A stretch of DNA of 64,000 nt, taken from Pseudomonadota bacterium (GTDB lineage: Bacteria; Campylobacterota; Campylobacteria; Campylobacterales; Sulfurimonadaceae). The stretch's first letter is position 1; every line of letters starts with the position of its first letter. The position numbers were made by a program, and so were the translations under genes. Under the pieces are notes generated by a model, which saw nothing but the letters and a program-made list of their open reading frames with translations, made no database searches and was not told the DNA's origin. This document shows, in pieces, positions 29,883 to 40,508 of the stretch. Location of the stretch: contig JAZDQA010000006.1 in the NCBI GenBank assembly GCA_043797085.1, positions 64,001 to 128,000 on the forward strand, in the 5' to 3' direction.

Positions 29883-31348
29883 CCTTTTCTCCCCTCTTTG
29901 ATGGTGTAATAAAGGGCTTCATACTCACGTCCTGCTACGTCCCAGTCAAACCGTCGCTTCATTGCATTGCATTGCATCTGTCTAAATCCACTGGGGTCAT
30001 TGTACCAGGTATGAACTGCCCAGCCAACGGTATTGACAAGAGCGTCAGCCGTGGCATCATAAAATTTGAACCCTGTTCCGTGCCATGAGTCGTTTTGGTA
30101 GTTTTCAATCGTATCGTCCAGTCCACCCGTTGCCCGAACGATGGGGAGCGTTCCATAGCGAAGAGAGTAAATTTGATTCAACCCGCACGGCTCGAAGAGT
30201 GACGGCATCAAAAATAAATCAGATGCTGCTTCGATTTGATGAGCGAGATCGTTTCGATAGCCGATGAAAAAGCTGAATTTGTCCGGATAGATTCCTGCGA
30301 TGTGGCTAAAAAACGATTCTGCCCATTTTTCTCCCGCACCTAGCATGACGATTTGAATGTCCATCTCCAACAGTTTATGGATCGAGGATGCGAGCAGGGC
30401 AATCCCTTTTTGTTCGGCTAAACGCCCAACAAGACCGATAAGGGGAACTTCGTCTCTTTGGGGAAGATGAAAGGCCTCTTGCAAAGCACGTTTGCACAAA
30501 ACCTTACCGCTCATATCCTCGACATCAAAATGGTTGGGTATAAACGGATCGATTGCAGGGCTCCATTCGTCGTAATCAACCCCGTTTAAAATCCCGTGCA
30601 GTTTAGTCGAGTACTTCCCGATCAGTCCCTCTAAGCCCCATCCAAATTCCTCTGTACAAATTTCTTGGGCATATTTGCGGCTCACCGTACTGACTGCATC
30701 GGCGTGGACGATTCCTCCTTTGAGAAGGTTGACGCTGCCGTTGTCTTCAAAATCGTAAAAGTGTTCCCAGCCAATGGCGAGTACATCCATCACTCCTTTG
30801 TAAAACTTCCCTTGATGCTGGAGATTATGGATGGTAAGCAGCGTTCCTGTGTGCTCAAAATCTCTATCATGCTTATACAACGTGTTGAGCATTACGGGAA
30901 TTGCGGCTGTATGCCAATCGTTGGTATGAATCACGTCGGGATAAAAATGAAGTTTCTTCGCCAATTGCATCACAGCGCGTGAAAAGAAGATAAATCGATT
31001 ATCGTTGTCTGCGAACCCTTCTCCGTTTGTATCATACAGGTCACTGCGACCAAAATACTCTTCATAGTCGATGAAATAAACGGGGATATCGGTTTGCGGT
31101 AAAAGACCTTCATACACTCCTGCCCATAACTCTCCCATCACCCCCATGGGAACACCCAATGATCCTTCCATAAGTTTTAAACCGTATTTCTCACGATCAA
31201 CGAGATAGTAGCGAGGCATGACTAAACGTACATCATGCCCAAGTGCGCGAAGTGCTTTAGGAAGAGCTCCGGCGACATCAGCCAAACCGCCAGTTTTGGC
31301 AAAAGGGACAACCTCAGATGCCGCGATCAAAATGTTAAGCTTATCCAT
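29879..31348 (-). CDS. glgA: Glycogen/starch synthase (GT5), copy 1
   Basis: PFAKTGGLADV, HTNDWH, TIHNL, PSLFEPCGLNQ; likely ATG at 31348. Confidence 0.95.
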   Translation of the reverse strand: MDKLNILIAASEVVPFAKTGGLADVAGALPKALRALGHDVRLVMPRYYLVDREKYGLKLMEGSLGVPMGVMGELWAGVYEGLLPQTDIPVYFIDYEEYFGRSDLYDTNGEGFADNDNRFIFFSRAVMQLAKKLHFYPDVIHTNDWHTAAIPVMLNTLYKHDRDFEHTGTLLTIHNLQHQGKFYKGVMDVLAIGWEHFYDFEDNGSVNLLKGGIVHADAVSTVSRKYAQEICTEEFGWGLEGLIGKYSTKLHGILNGVDYDEWSPAIDPFIPNHFDVEDMSGKVLCKRALQEAFHLPQRDEVPLIGLVGRLAEQKGIALLASSIHKLLEMDIQIVMLGAGEKWAESFFSHIAGIYPDKFSFFIGYRNDLAHQIEAASDLFLMPSLFEPCGLNQIYSLRYGTLPIVRATGGLDDTIENYQNDSWHGTGFKFYDATADALVNTVGWAVHTWYNDPSGFRQMQCNAMKRRFDWDVAGREYEALYYTIKEGRKG

Positions 31349-32768
31349 GAATTTCCTTCTTGTTTTCGTACAGTGCTCCATAGGCTATTGCACTCTCTCC
31401 CCAGGAAAAATCACATCTCATGTTATGATGTACTATCCGTTCAAAATGTTTTTTATCTTCAAACAACTCACATCCTTTTTTAACCGCACTAAGGAATGAA
31501 CGCGATGTAGGGGAACTAAAAATCAAACCATACCCTGAACAGCTGTCTTCTTGGTATGTTTCCACTCGCTTCACCGTATCGGTCAATCCGCCCACACGAT
31601 GGACAATCGGAACAGCTCCATACGAGAAAGCGATCATTTGGTTTAATCCGCACGGCTCAAAAAGGGATGGCATCAACAAAAAATCTGCCGAAGCGTACAT
31701 CTGATGCGAAAATGACTCATCATATCCAAAAGTGAGATGGATGTTTTTATGGTGAGAAGCGAGGATTTTTAACGCTTTATAATAGCTCTCCTCCCCTTCC
31801 CCGATAAGCGCTATATTGCATTCCAAAACTGCTATTTTCGGCAAAGTTTCAATCAAGAGATCGATCCCTTTTTGCGACGTAAAACGACCGATAAAGACGA
31901 ACATGGGCTTCGTAACGCCTTTGAGTCCCAAGCGTTTTAGTAGATTGCTTTTGTTGACTTTTTTCCCTTTGGCATCACTGTAGGGTGAAACCAATGCACT
32001 ATCCGTTGTCGGAGAAAAATGCTCTCTGTCGATTCCGTTGATAATACCGCTGAGTTTTGCGCGATGAAAATGCAAAAATCCCTCCAATGCGCATCCAAAC
32101 GCAGGAAACATAATCTCTTTTGCGTAGGTTGGGCTTACGGTCGTGATCTCATCTGCGTACGCAATCCCTGCTTTCATAAAATTCACTTTGCCGTAAAACT
32201 CCAAAGAATCCATTGTAAAATATTTTTTATCTATCCCAATACTCTCTAAAAGAGTCGAATCAAATATCCCCTGATATGCCAGATTATGAATCGTATAGAT
32301 CACTTTTGGCGAGAGAGTCCGATCTTTGTGTATCAATAATGCCGTGAGTGCGCACTGCCAATCATTGAGATGGACAATCTCGTAACGATTTTTATGCAGC
32401 AGTGCGGTAATTGCATACGAGAAAAGGGCAAAACGCAATCCGTTATCCTCATATCCGGCTTCCGGTGTACCGTAGAGAAACTCTCTATCGCACAGCATTG
32501 GATGGTAAACAAAACGATATTTTACCTCCTCATACGTGCATTCATACATCTCAATTCGGTAGTGCGTCTCTCCCATCGATACGTCGAAAAAGCAATCTTC
32601 TGAGACAATTTTGAATTTATCTCGATCAACCGATTGATACAGAGGCATAATGACCTCAACATCATACGTACTAAGCGCACGAGGTAAAGCATGTGCCACA
32701 TCTGCCAAACCGCCTGTTTTGGCAAAAGGATAAACTTCACTTGCAGCGAATAGCACTTTTTTAGACAT
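31341..32768 (-). CDS. glgA: Glycogen/starch synthase (GT5), copy 2
   Basis: PFAKTGGLADV, HLNDWQ, TIHNL, PSLFEPCGLNQ. Confidence 0.93.
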   Translation of the reverse strand: MSKKVLFAASEVYPFAKTGGLADVAHALPRALSTYDVEVIMPLYQSVDRDKFKIVSEDCFFDVSMGETHYRIEMYECTYEEVKYRFVYHPMLCDREFLYGTPEAGYEDNGLRFALFSYAITALLHKNRYEIVHLNDWQCALTALLIHKDRTLSPKVIYTIHNLAYQGIFDSTLLESIGIDKKYFTMDSLEFYGKVNFMKAGIAYADEITTVSPTYAKEIMFPAFGCALEGFLHFHRAKLSGIINGIDREHFSPTTDSALVSPYSDAKGKKVNKSNLLKRLGLKGVTKPMFVFIGRFTSQKGIDLLIETLPKIAVLECNIALIGEGEESYYKALKILASHHKNIHLTFGYDESFSHQMYASADFLLMPSLFEPCGLNQMIAFSYGAVPIVHRVGGLTDTVKRVETYQEDSCSGYGLIFSSPTSRSFLSAVKKGCELFEDKKHFERIVHHNMRCDFSWGESAIAYGALYENKKEIHG

Positions 32769-33762
32769 AATTTTCTCCTCGCAAAACTTTAGCCGCCAAT
32801 TCGGGTTCCATCGGATTAATCATCATGTCGGTATTCGTCTCAAATCCGCCAAAGCGATAAAGTCGCGGAAGGATGCGAATGTAAAAAGGATACAGATTGC
32901 TTCTCTCTCTGTCTTCGTGCAACGGCGGTGTTGATACCCATAGATTAAATGCCATGTTGTCCATTTGAGTACTCAAACGCTGCATCACCGACAAAAGCAA
33001 GGTTGATAGTGATTCGATTCTTTCGTTACTGAGCGCGTCGATTGATTCCATCCTCTGAGATGAAGCGATCATCACCTCAAAGGGATAATTGCTGGCATAA
33101 GGACAAAATGCACTAAATTCCCCTACTCGCTCGATGATTCGAACCTCAGCGTCCTCTTCATCACGTACGATCGATTCCATCAAAGGATGATGATGAGTTT
33201 CGAAATATTCACGGCTTCGCTGATATACATCACGCTGTGCTTTTGGGATCAAAGGAAGGGCTATGAGCTGAGTATGACAATGGCTCATGGTTGAACCTGC
33301 ATCATATCCTTCGTTTTTAAAGAGAGAAATGGAAGCAAGACGATGATCACGTCTAAGGTCTTCCACCCGTGCTCTGAGGGTTTTGAGCCATGCGACGCTC
33401 TCCTCATGACTCCACTGGCTCATGGAAACATAATGTTCCGACGTATCGATGATCACTTCATGCGCCCCAAAACCTTCCCACGACTCAAACGTCCCGAAAT
33501 TATGCTGATGGGGAGCTTCGATCGCAACGGCTTTGTAGAGATTGGGGACGACGCGAGTATGCCATTGAGGTTGATTAGCCAAGCTGTCGCTGTGACGCAA
33601 TGCAAAAATTTCTTTGGGAGTCATGGCTTCATTTCCCTCGCAAAAAGGACATATTACAAGTTGGTCTTCTTCTCGTATCGTAGTCATATCCGGTCGGTGC
33701 AACCGCTCAGGGGAGATGAGGACATAGCTATCGTTTAAACGATCATATCGGATTTCAGACAC
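32761..33762 (-). CDS. GalT-superfamily nucleotidyltransferase (possible ADP-glucose phosphorylase)
   Basis: CPFCEGNE, VVPNLY, GAHEVII, FKNEG..AGSTMSHCHTQ (HxHxQ). Confidence 0.85.
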   Translation of the reverse strand: MSEIRYDRLNDSYVLISPERLHRPDMTTIREEDQLVICPFCEGNEAMTPKEIFALRHSDSLANQPQWHTRVVPNLYKAVAIEAPHQHNFGTFESWEGFGAHEVIIDTSEHYVSMSQWSHEESVAWLKTLRARVEDLRRDHRLASISLFKNEGYDAGSTMSHCHTQLIALPLIPKAQRDVYQRSREYFETHHHPLMESIVRDEEDAEVRIIERVGEFSAFCPYASNYPFEVMIASSQRMESIDALSNERIESLSTLLLSVMQRLSTQMDNMAFNLWVSTPPLHEDRERSNLYPFYIRILPRLYRFGGFETNTDMMINPMEPELAAKVLRGENYV

Positions 33763-35785
33763 GGGTAATCTCCAAAACGCCGCTTAGATCCAACACTGTA
33801 TCAAAAGCAAAGACCAAAGCAAGACTTAGCCCCTGAACACTCAAATCAAATCCCTGTTCGCTTTGAGAGAGCGTTTGGAGCTGAAAATAGTGCACTTTGA
33901 AGGGAGTATCGGTACGGATGATTATTTTTTTCTCCAAATACAGGTCTTCGATCTCGATCGTCTGCGTCTCTTCAATCGTCCCTATTTGCGCTAAATTGAC
34001 TCCATTGATCCGAATCTTCTCATAATCCGCAAAGTGAAAATTGTGTTCCATCACATAGGTAAAATCGCCTTTGGCATCACTTTTTAGATGGAGAGAAAAT
34101 TCGATTGCACTGGAAGTAAAAATAAAGTTTTTTTCCAACGAGGCATTGGCTCTTTCATCGGTGTATATTCCACCCTCGCGTGTAAAGGAAATACTATTTT
34201 TTGTTTTCGACGATGTATAGGGCTGATTGGCGAAATCTCCATATTCCCGAAAATTACAGTGACGAAAATTTTCCACATTAAAGCTTCTGTCACTGATGTG
34301 ATCGACAAATGAATTTTTGAGATACCAATCATAAATAATTGCATCCCTCAATGCATCATTGACGACCATATTGGTATGATGAATCGTATCAATTCCCTCT
34401 TCTAATGGAGAAACTTTTTCTTTAGGTGCTTCGAAGAGAGCTTGATGATACGCCTCTTTTCGACGCGTGAGGGTATTTTGATAGTTAAAAAATTTATCTC
34501 GTACATCGAGTTCCACCATCTGTCCTCCATGCGCTGAATCAAAACGGGCAATCAGCTTGGAGCTCACTGATTTATACTTCGTATGTCCATCAAGCTCGTT
34601 GGAGTCACTGACGAGGGCTTTCTTTTTCCCGTAACGGATATTTTCACATTCAATTAAATAGCGATAACTGTTGTCGCGCAAGTTGGGAAGATACAGACCG
34701 CCAAAAACCCCATGCCACAAAGGATCATTCGTCTGAAGTTTATACAGCGGTGTTTCGAAATCTCCCTCTTTGTTATGATAGGCGCGAGAAAGCTCGATCA
34801 TCCGTTTGTGAAGACGGTTGCTCTCAGGATATTTGACAAAGAAATTTTTCCAAATTCCCCCTTTGAGAAACTTCACACCGTACTCTTCATAGCGCTGTAA
34901 TCCCATCTCTTCTTTGAGAGCTTTAAGATGCAAAGCATTCTCCGCTCTTAAACTCCATTCACCCATCTCGTAATATGACACATTGGGCAAATAGGCAATC
35001 CCGCGAGGACAATGTGCGTTAAAATACTCACCGAAATGACGTGTCTGGATCGACTCATCTGCCAATACTGTTTTAACAAAAGACTCAAGCCAGCCTTTTT
35101 CATACACCCATTCATGAGTACCCGGCCACATCCCAAATTTTTCGGCATCGTCGAAGATAATCGCCGCCGAATCCTCCTCCCGGTTGTACGATTTAATCGC
35201 ACGAATGGCACTTTCAACATTTAAAAAAGGAATAGCATAACGGAGCTTTTGACTGATAGGAAAGAGCCCCATCGGAATGCCCCCTTCTTCACTCATATAC
35301 ACTCCGTCCAAGACCTCTTGATCAAAGCCGGCACACTGGAAGTGGTAATCGTCCATTACGGTGTAACGCATACCTGAACGATCGAGATCGGGAATGAGGG
35401 AAGATTCCCATACCCGTTCCGTGAGCCACAACCCTTGAGGTTTTTGATCAAAGCGTGTGTGTATCGAATCATTCAGCCGCTGGATTTGCCGTACACGATC
35501 GATTGAGGGAATAACGCTCAAAATCGGTTCATAATACCCTGCACTGAAAAACTCGATGCTCCCGGCTTTAGCCAAAGAAACAATTTTTTCATAGAGTGAC
35601 GGTCGTAATTCCTCGATCCGCTCCATAAGCCATCCGCTGCAATGGACCGAAAACTTAAACTCAGGATAGCGGCTCATCACCTCAAAAAAAGGTTCGTAAC
35701 AAGTTTTTATCCCCAGTTCGATTACCCACTCGAGATTATCCACCGGCTGGTGCATGTGAATCCCTAACAATAATGATGTCTTCAT
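33755..35785 (-). CDS. GH57 4-alpha-glucanotransferase/alpha-amylase
   Basis: HMHQP, GLWLTERVWE, FDDAEKFGMWP, WHGVFGGLYLP. Confidence 0.92.
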   Translation of the reverse strand: MKTSLLLGIHMHQPVDNLEWVIELGIKTCYEPFFEVMSRYPEFKFSVHCSGWLMERIEELRPSLYEKIVSLAKAGSIEFFSAGYYEPILSVIPSIDRVRQIQRLNDSIHTRFDQKPQGLWLTERVWESSLIPDLDRSGMRYTVMDDYHFQCAGFDQEVLDGVYMSEEGGIPMGLFPISQKLRYAIPFLNVESAIRAIKSYNREEDSAAIIFDDAEKFGMWPGTHEWVYEKGWLESFVKTVLADESIQTRHFGEYFNAHCPRGIAYLPNVSYYEMGEWSLRAENALHLKALKEEMGLQRYEEYGVKFLKGGIWKNFFVKYPESNRLHKRMIELSRAYHNKEGDFETPLYKLQTNDPLWHGVFGGLYLPNLRDNSYRYLIECENIRYGKKKALVSDSNELDGHTKYKSVSSKLIARFDSAHGGQMVELDVRDKFFNYQNTLTRRKEAYHQALFEAPKEKVSPLEEGIDTIHHTNMVVNDALRDAIIYDWYLKNSFVDHISDRSFNVENFRHCNFREYGDFANQPYTSSKTKNSISFTREGGIYTDERANASLEKNFIFTSSAIEFSLHLKSDAKGDFTYVMEHNFHFADYEKIRINGVNLAQIGTIEETQTIEIEDLYLEKKIIIRTDTPFKVHYFQLQTLSQSEQGFDLSVQGLSLALVFAFDTVLDLSGVLEITRV

Positions 35786-35793
35786 TCCCTCTC

Positions 35794-37788
35794 CTATATA
35801 AACCAGTCGGTTGTAAAATAATTATTCAATTCAATCACAAGCGTTCCATTCCCCGGCAGGGTTTGAAGGGGTTGGTTCTCTTCCATGAGTGTCCAACGAA
35901 GATGAACAACGGTGTTGCTTCCAAAATGAGCTCGTGTAAGTGAAAATTCTAAACGGTGGTCAACCACAACCGGTTTTAAAAGCAGACGTTCACCCGTCTC
36001 TTCGATCACCATCTCGATTTGGATAGTATGCGCAGAAAAAGGACTTTTGCCTTCCAAGGCGATATAAACGGCTTGATCATCGAAGCCATAACAGATGGTA
36101 TCGACAGGGCCACGCAACCTGTCCATCGTTGAAAAGCTCTGCGTCTCATCGATCATACCGCATCCAATCCATTCAAAAAAGCCTCTTTTCTCTCCGTCTA
36201 AACGAGGAGAAATACTATTTCGAGGCTTGATCCAAGAGGGTTTGGCGACATTAAAAGAGTTGATCGCTTCCATAAAACGAGTGGGAACCGTTTTTTCCAT
36301 CAAACGATAGATCTCGATCAAATGGTCTCGGAACAAGGTATCAAACTCGGATGAAAATTCGGTCACGTGATCCTCACCGTACCACCAAAACCAGTCACTG
36401 CACTGCGACGCCAAAAGATGATACCGCATCGTTTCGGTGATCTCATGGGTTTGGGCGTAGCTTTCTAGCTCACGGCGTGTCTCAAAAATGAGTTCCCATG
36501 CCCGATTTTTTTCACGATGTCCTACCCACGTATCAAACGTTCCGTGTATCCAGCTGCCGGGGGCTAAATGCTCTAAGCTCTCACACTCGTTGATTTGCGC
36601 TACCTGATCCATACTCACTGTTTTACACCATGTTGACGTGCTCAAAGTGCTATAAAGGGTGGTGAAAAAATCCCATCCGTTGTTCGGATAAAACTCCCAT
36701 GCATTCTCGCCATCGACAATCACGAAAACATGTGGATTTTCTTCATTTTGGGCAATACGATGCAGTTCATCCATAAAATGGCTGCTTGCATTTTCCCCTT
36801 TCATGTGACGATACTCAAATCCGATCAGATCACTCAAACCATGATCACGAAAAGCGATGGTCACATCCTCATAACGATAGGGTTTATAACGCAGAGATGA
36901 CGTATCATTGTGAAGTGATTTATGAAGTATCGCTTCATCAGTCGCAATCCACTTTATACCATGCTCTTTGTAGAGAGCAACGCTTTTTTCATCCACGGCT
37001 CCCTCTGCCGGCCAAAAACCGCTGGGCTTGGTTCCAAATGTTGTTTCATACAATGCAATAGAGCGTTTCACATGCTCAATCGCATCGTCACGTAGTGCAT
37101 ACGCCCCCTTGGGCAACACGGTTGAGGCATTGGCACGCTGTCCATTATCCATGTCCATTAACAAAGGAAGGATCGGATGAAAATAAGGAGTGGTCGAAAC
37201 CGAGATAATCCCCTCTTTTTGCAGTCTCCCGTAAAAAGGGAGTATCTCTTGGACAAAAAGGGATAACGTTTCCAGTAATTCCGTTTTGTCATTTTGGGTG
37301 TACCCTCGCTGTTTGATAAACAACGCTTTGACCAAATCATTATGAAGCCGAAGAGTATTTCCGCACCATGCGAGTAAAAAAACTACTTCCAAATCGATCA
37401 GTTCATCATCACTAAAAAACGTCTGCTCATAGAGCTCACTATAGCGCTGTATGGGGTGAACCATGGTGTCATACTGCGTCGCGGTACAAAGTTTGATGAG
37501 CCACTCTTGTTGCGATTGGCTAAGTGTTGAGGGGTGCTGTGCCCACAAAGAAAGAAAATAATCGTATTTCAGCGGTTGGGTATAAAGTTTGAGCTGTTCG
37601 ATTAACGAAGCACTGAGGTTGAACGTGGCTTTGAGTCCCGAATACTGACTCATAAGCCACGGCATCTCATAATAATCTTTTATGGCATGTAAAAAAACCC
37701 ATGGCATACTCATCACACCATCACGACCCCGATAATCAGGCTGATGCATGTGCCAAAAAAACGAGAGGCTAAGGGTTCGATCATTCAT
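35794..37788 (-). CDS. GH57 amylopullulanase-like glycoside hydrolase
   Basis: WHMHQP, PYFHPILPLL, GFWPAEG, VDGENAWE, SDWFWW; ATG at 37788 overlaps the upstream stop. Confidence 0.9.
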   Translation of the reverse strand: MNDRTLSLSFFWHMHQPDYRGRDGVMSMPWVFLHAIKDYYEMPWLMSQYSGLKATFNLSASLIEQLKLYTQPLKYDYFLSLWAQHPSTLSQSQQEWLIKLCTATQYDTMVHPIQRYSELYEQTFFSDDELIDLEVVFLLAWCGNTLRLHNDLVKALFIKQRGYTQNDKTELLETLSLFVQEILPFYGRLQKEGIISVSTTPYFHPILPLLMDMDNGQRANASTVLPKGAYALRDDAIEHVKRSIALYETTFGTKPSGFWPAEGAVDEKSVALYKEHGIKWIATDEAILHKSLHNDTSSLRYKPYRYEDVTIAFRDHGLSDLIGFEYRHMKGENASSHFMDELHRIAQNEENPHVFVIVDGENAWEFYPNNGWDFFTTLYSTLSTSTWCKTVSMDQVAQINECESLEHLAPGSWIHGTFDTWVGHREKNRAWELIFETRRELESYAQTHEITETMRYHLLASQCSDWFWWYGEDHVTEFSSEFDTLFRDHLIEIYRLMEKTVPTRFMEAINSFNVAKPSWIKPRNSISPRLDGEKRGFFEWIGCGMIDETQSFSTMDRLRGPVDTICYGFDDQAVYIALEGKSPFSAHTIQIEMVIEETGERLLLKPVVVDHRLEFSLTRAHFGSNTVVHLRWTLMEENQPLQTLPGNGTLVIELNNYFTTDWFI

Positions 37789-40295
37789 GAAGACTTCGAC
37801 CACTCCTGTATTTTTTCCGTGTAGCGTTTAGTATACATCTCCCCTTTTTTATCGTCCGTTGCTTGGATCGTCAGATTGAGATAATCGCTGTATTGATCCG
37901 GAATCATTAACACCCAGTCGTCTTTATCCAGCCAAATTTTGACCCCATCGAGCGTCGACGATTCTTTGTCTTTGGCATCTTCCAAAAATTTGCGCATCAT
38001 TTTTCCCTTCAGGGACTGAGTACACGGAAGCTGAATCGTTGTATAGAAAAAGTGGGGAAGTGATGCAATAATTTCAGAGAGTTTTACACCATGTGTCACC
38101 ATCATCTCCAAAATTTTCAATGTCGCATACATCGAATCTCTGTGGGTCGCAAATTCGGTAAAGGTAAAGTTCCCCTCACCCGTAGCAACCAAATCATAAC
38201 TTTTCATCTTAGCCGCTTTGAAATTCGCGTATTGTCCCCGTTCAATCTCCAGATGATCAAAATAGACAATATCTGCAGCCCATGTCGGTAAAAAGACCCG
38301 CTTCTTCGCTCCGCTGGCTTTGGCTTCCATATTTAAAAGACTCATGACAACATACAAGGCACTTTGTTTGGAGAGGGGAAGCCCCTCATCACACATAATA
38401 TCCAATCGCTGACCATGAGGATAAAGTATAAATCCACCATCGAGTTTGAGTGCGTTAATCACCGCCCCCATATCCTCATACGAGCGTTTTACCAACGTGT
38501 TAATGTTCGAGAGACGCTGTTCATCGCTGTAAGCATTGAACATAATGTGTTCAACCCCCAGATCGTTCAGAATATCAGGAAATACCTCAGATGCCAAACC
38601 ATGTGTCAAATCGACGGCAATACGGCAATCAAGGCATTTAAACCGATGCGATTGTAAAACGGACTCCATCCCTTTTTTATACTCGGCGTATTCACGCTTG
38701 TGATCAAGTTCGTGTATCTGCCCGATTTGAGAATAATCGACTCGACGGAAAGTCTCTTTGAAAAATGCCTTTTCTACTTTTTTTGCCACATCATTGTTGA
38801 TACGAAGCGCTTCATGATTGTAAAAAGTAATCACCGTACTGGTGGGATCATCGATTTTTTGATGAAAATGGACCCCTGCCGTATAGTGCTCATGGAAGGA
38901 AAGACTGCATCGCATAACGGCTGAGGGGATAGCATTATAATCGACAACGTCGACTCCCGAAGAGAGCAGACCGCCTAAAAATGCCCGCTTCAGCATCCGT
39001 GAGCTTTTATCATAATGACGTGATACCAACACCTTCGAGCCTACAGGCAACTGCGCACCAAAAGATTCCGCTATCTTCGTCGCCATTTCGCATGAAAGTT
39101 CCACATTTGATTTTCCGATAACCATTCCGTTTTCAAAAATAGAATTTTTATATTTACTTCCCAGAATGACACTGCGGCTGACGATAGCGGCATCTTCGAT
39201 CATTTTATACGGCCAAATGGTGACATCTTTTTCGATGGTGACGAGCTCACCGATTTCGCATCCCTCGGCTAAGATCAATCCTGATTTAGCGGTAACATTT
39301 TTTCCGATACGGTTCCCGTCGCAAATAACACACCCGTCTAATTTGGCATTTTTTCCGATCTCAACATCGTTCCAAATGACGGTATTGGCAATTTTTGACG
39401 AAGAGCCGATAACAACATTATTTCCTATCACGACATTGCAGAGCTTCGAACCGCGTTTAACCGTTACATTTTTACCGATTACGACGATTCCGATGACTTC
39501 AACACTCTCATCGAGGGTATTGTCCTCTTCACAAATGAGAACACCATCGGGATATTTAACCGTTTCTCCCCCAATATTAAGTTTGATTTTACCGGCAAGT
39601 ATATCTTCATAGACATCGCGATAACTCTCAGGATTTCCGACATCGCGCCAGTAGCCCGCAGCGTAGCCAGCCATCAAATCGATTCCCTGACGCATCAGCA
39701 GAGGAAAGAGATCTTTGGCAAAATCAAAATTCTCATTTTTGGGAATGTACTCCAAAATCTCAGGTTCGATGATATAAATACCGGTGTTTATGGTGTCACT
39801 AAACACCTCACCCCAGCTTGGTTTTTCGAGGAATTTTTCGATTTTTCCCTCTTCATTGGCGATAACCACACCAAATTCAAGCGGATTTTCAACGGAGGTC
39901 AATGTAATGGTTAATTTAGAATTTTTTGATTTGTGGTAATCAAAAATCTGTTGAAAATCAAAATCAGTCACCAAATCACCGCTGATAATGATGAAGTTTT
40001 CATCTCCGATATATTCCTGCGCTTTTTTAACCGCACCCGCAGTCCCATAATCATCATCAGGGACAACATACGTAATATTGATACCCCAAGCACTTCCGTC
40101 TTGGAAATAATCTTTGATGACATCGGGCTTAAAATAGAGTAATACAATAAATTCTTTAATGCCTAAATCTCGTAGGCTTACAATCGTATGCTCCATCATT
40201 GGACGGTTCATTATCGGTAACATGGGCTTTGGGACAGAATTCGTCAGGGGCTGTATTCGTGTTCCAAATCCGCCTGCCATAACAACAGCTTTCAT
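37785..40295 (-). CDS. Sugar-1-phosphate nucleotidyltransferase / left-handed beta-helix / phosphohexomutase-like fusion protein
   Basis: MAGGFGTR.QPLT..PKP, FLEKP, YWRDVG, hexapeptide repeats, C-terminal PGM/PMM-like region (DGVKI). Confidence 0.88.
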   Translation of the reverse strand: MKAVVMAGGFGTRIQPLTNSVPKPMLPIMNRPMMEHTIVSLRDLGIKEFIVLLYFKPDVIKDYFQDGSAWGINITYVVPDDDYGTAGAVKKAQEYIGDENFIIISGDLVTDFDFQQIFDYHKSKNSKLTITLTSVENPLEFGVVIANEEGKIEKFLEKPSWGEVFSDTINTGIYIIEPEILEYIPKNENFDFAKDLFPLLMRQGIDLMAGYAAGYWRDVGNPESYRDVYEDILAGKIKLNIGGETVKYPDGVLICEEDNTLDESVEVIGIVVIGKNVTVKRGSKLCNVVIGNNVVIGSSSKIANTVIWNDVEIGKNAKLDGCVICDGNRIGKNVTAKSGLILAEGCEIGELVTIEKDVTIWPYKMIEDAAIVSRSVILGSKYKNSIFENGMVIGKSNVELSCEMATKIAESFGAQLPVGSKVLVSRHYDKSSRMLKRAFLGGLLSSGVDVVDYNAIPSAVMRCSLSFHEHYTAGVHFHQKIDDPTSTVITFYNHEALRINNDVAKKVEKAFFKETFRRVDYSQIGQIHELDHKREYAEYKKGMESVLQSHRFKCLDCRIAVDLTHGLASEVFPDILNDLGVEHIMFNAYSDEQRLSNINTLVKRSYEDMGAVINALKLDGGFILYPHGQRLDIMCDEGLPLSKQSALYVVMSLLNMEAKASGAKKRVFLPTWAADIVYFDHLEIERGQYANFKAAKMKSYDLVATGEGNFTFTEFATHRDSMYATLKILEMMVTHGVKLSEIIASLPHFFYTTIQLPCTQSLKGKMMRKFLEDAKDKESSTLDGVKIWLDKDDWVLMIPDQYSDYLNLTIQATDDKKGEMYTKRYTEKIQEWSKSS

Positions 40296-40508
40296 TGATC
40301 TCCTTTTTGAAACAGTTTTAACTACACAATCATCTATTATTCTAATACTAGCACTAAATCATAGCATTTTTTTTATACATTCTCAATCGCTATTTTATAA
40401 ATATTGATAATTTTCTGCTCTTTCAAAAGATGTGATTATTTTATTACTATAAAAATATGTTGATTGATTTTACTCTCACATTATTTCTCTTAGGAAACAC
40501 TCAATACT

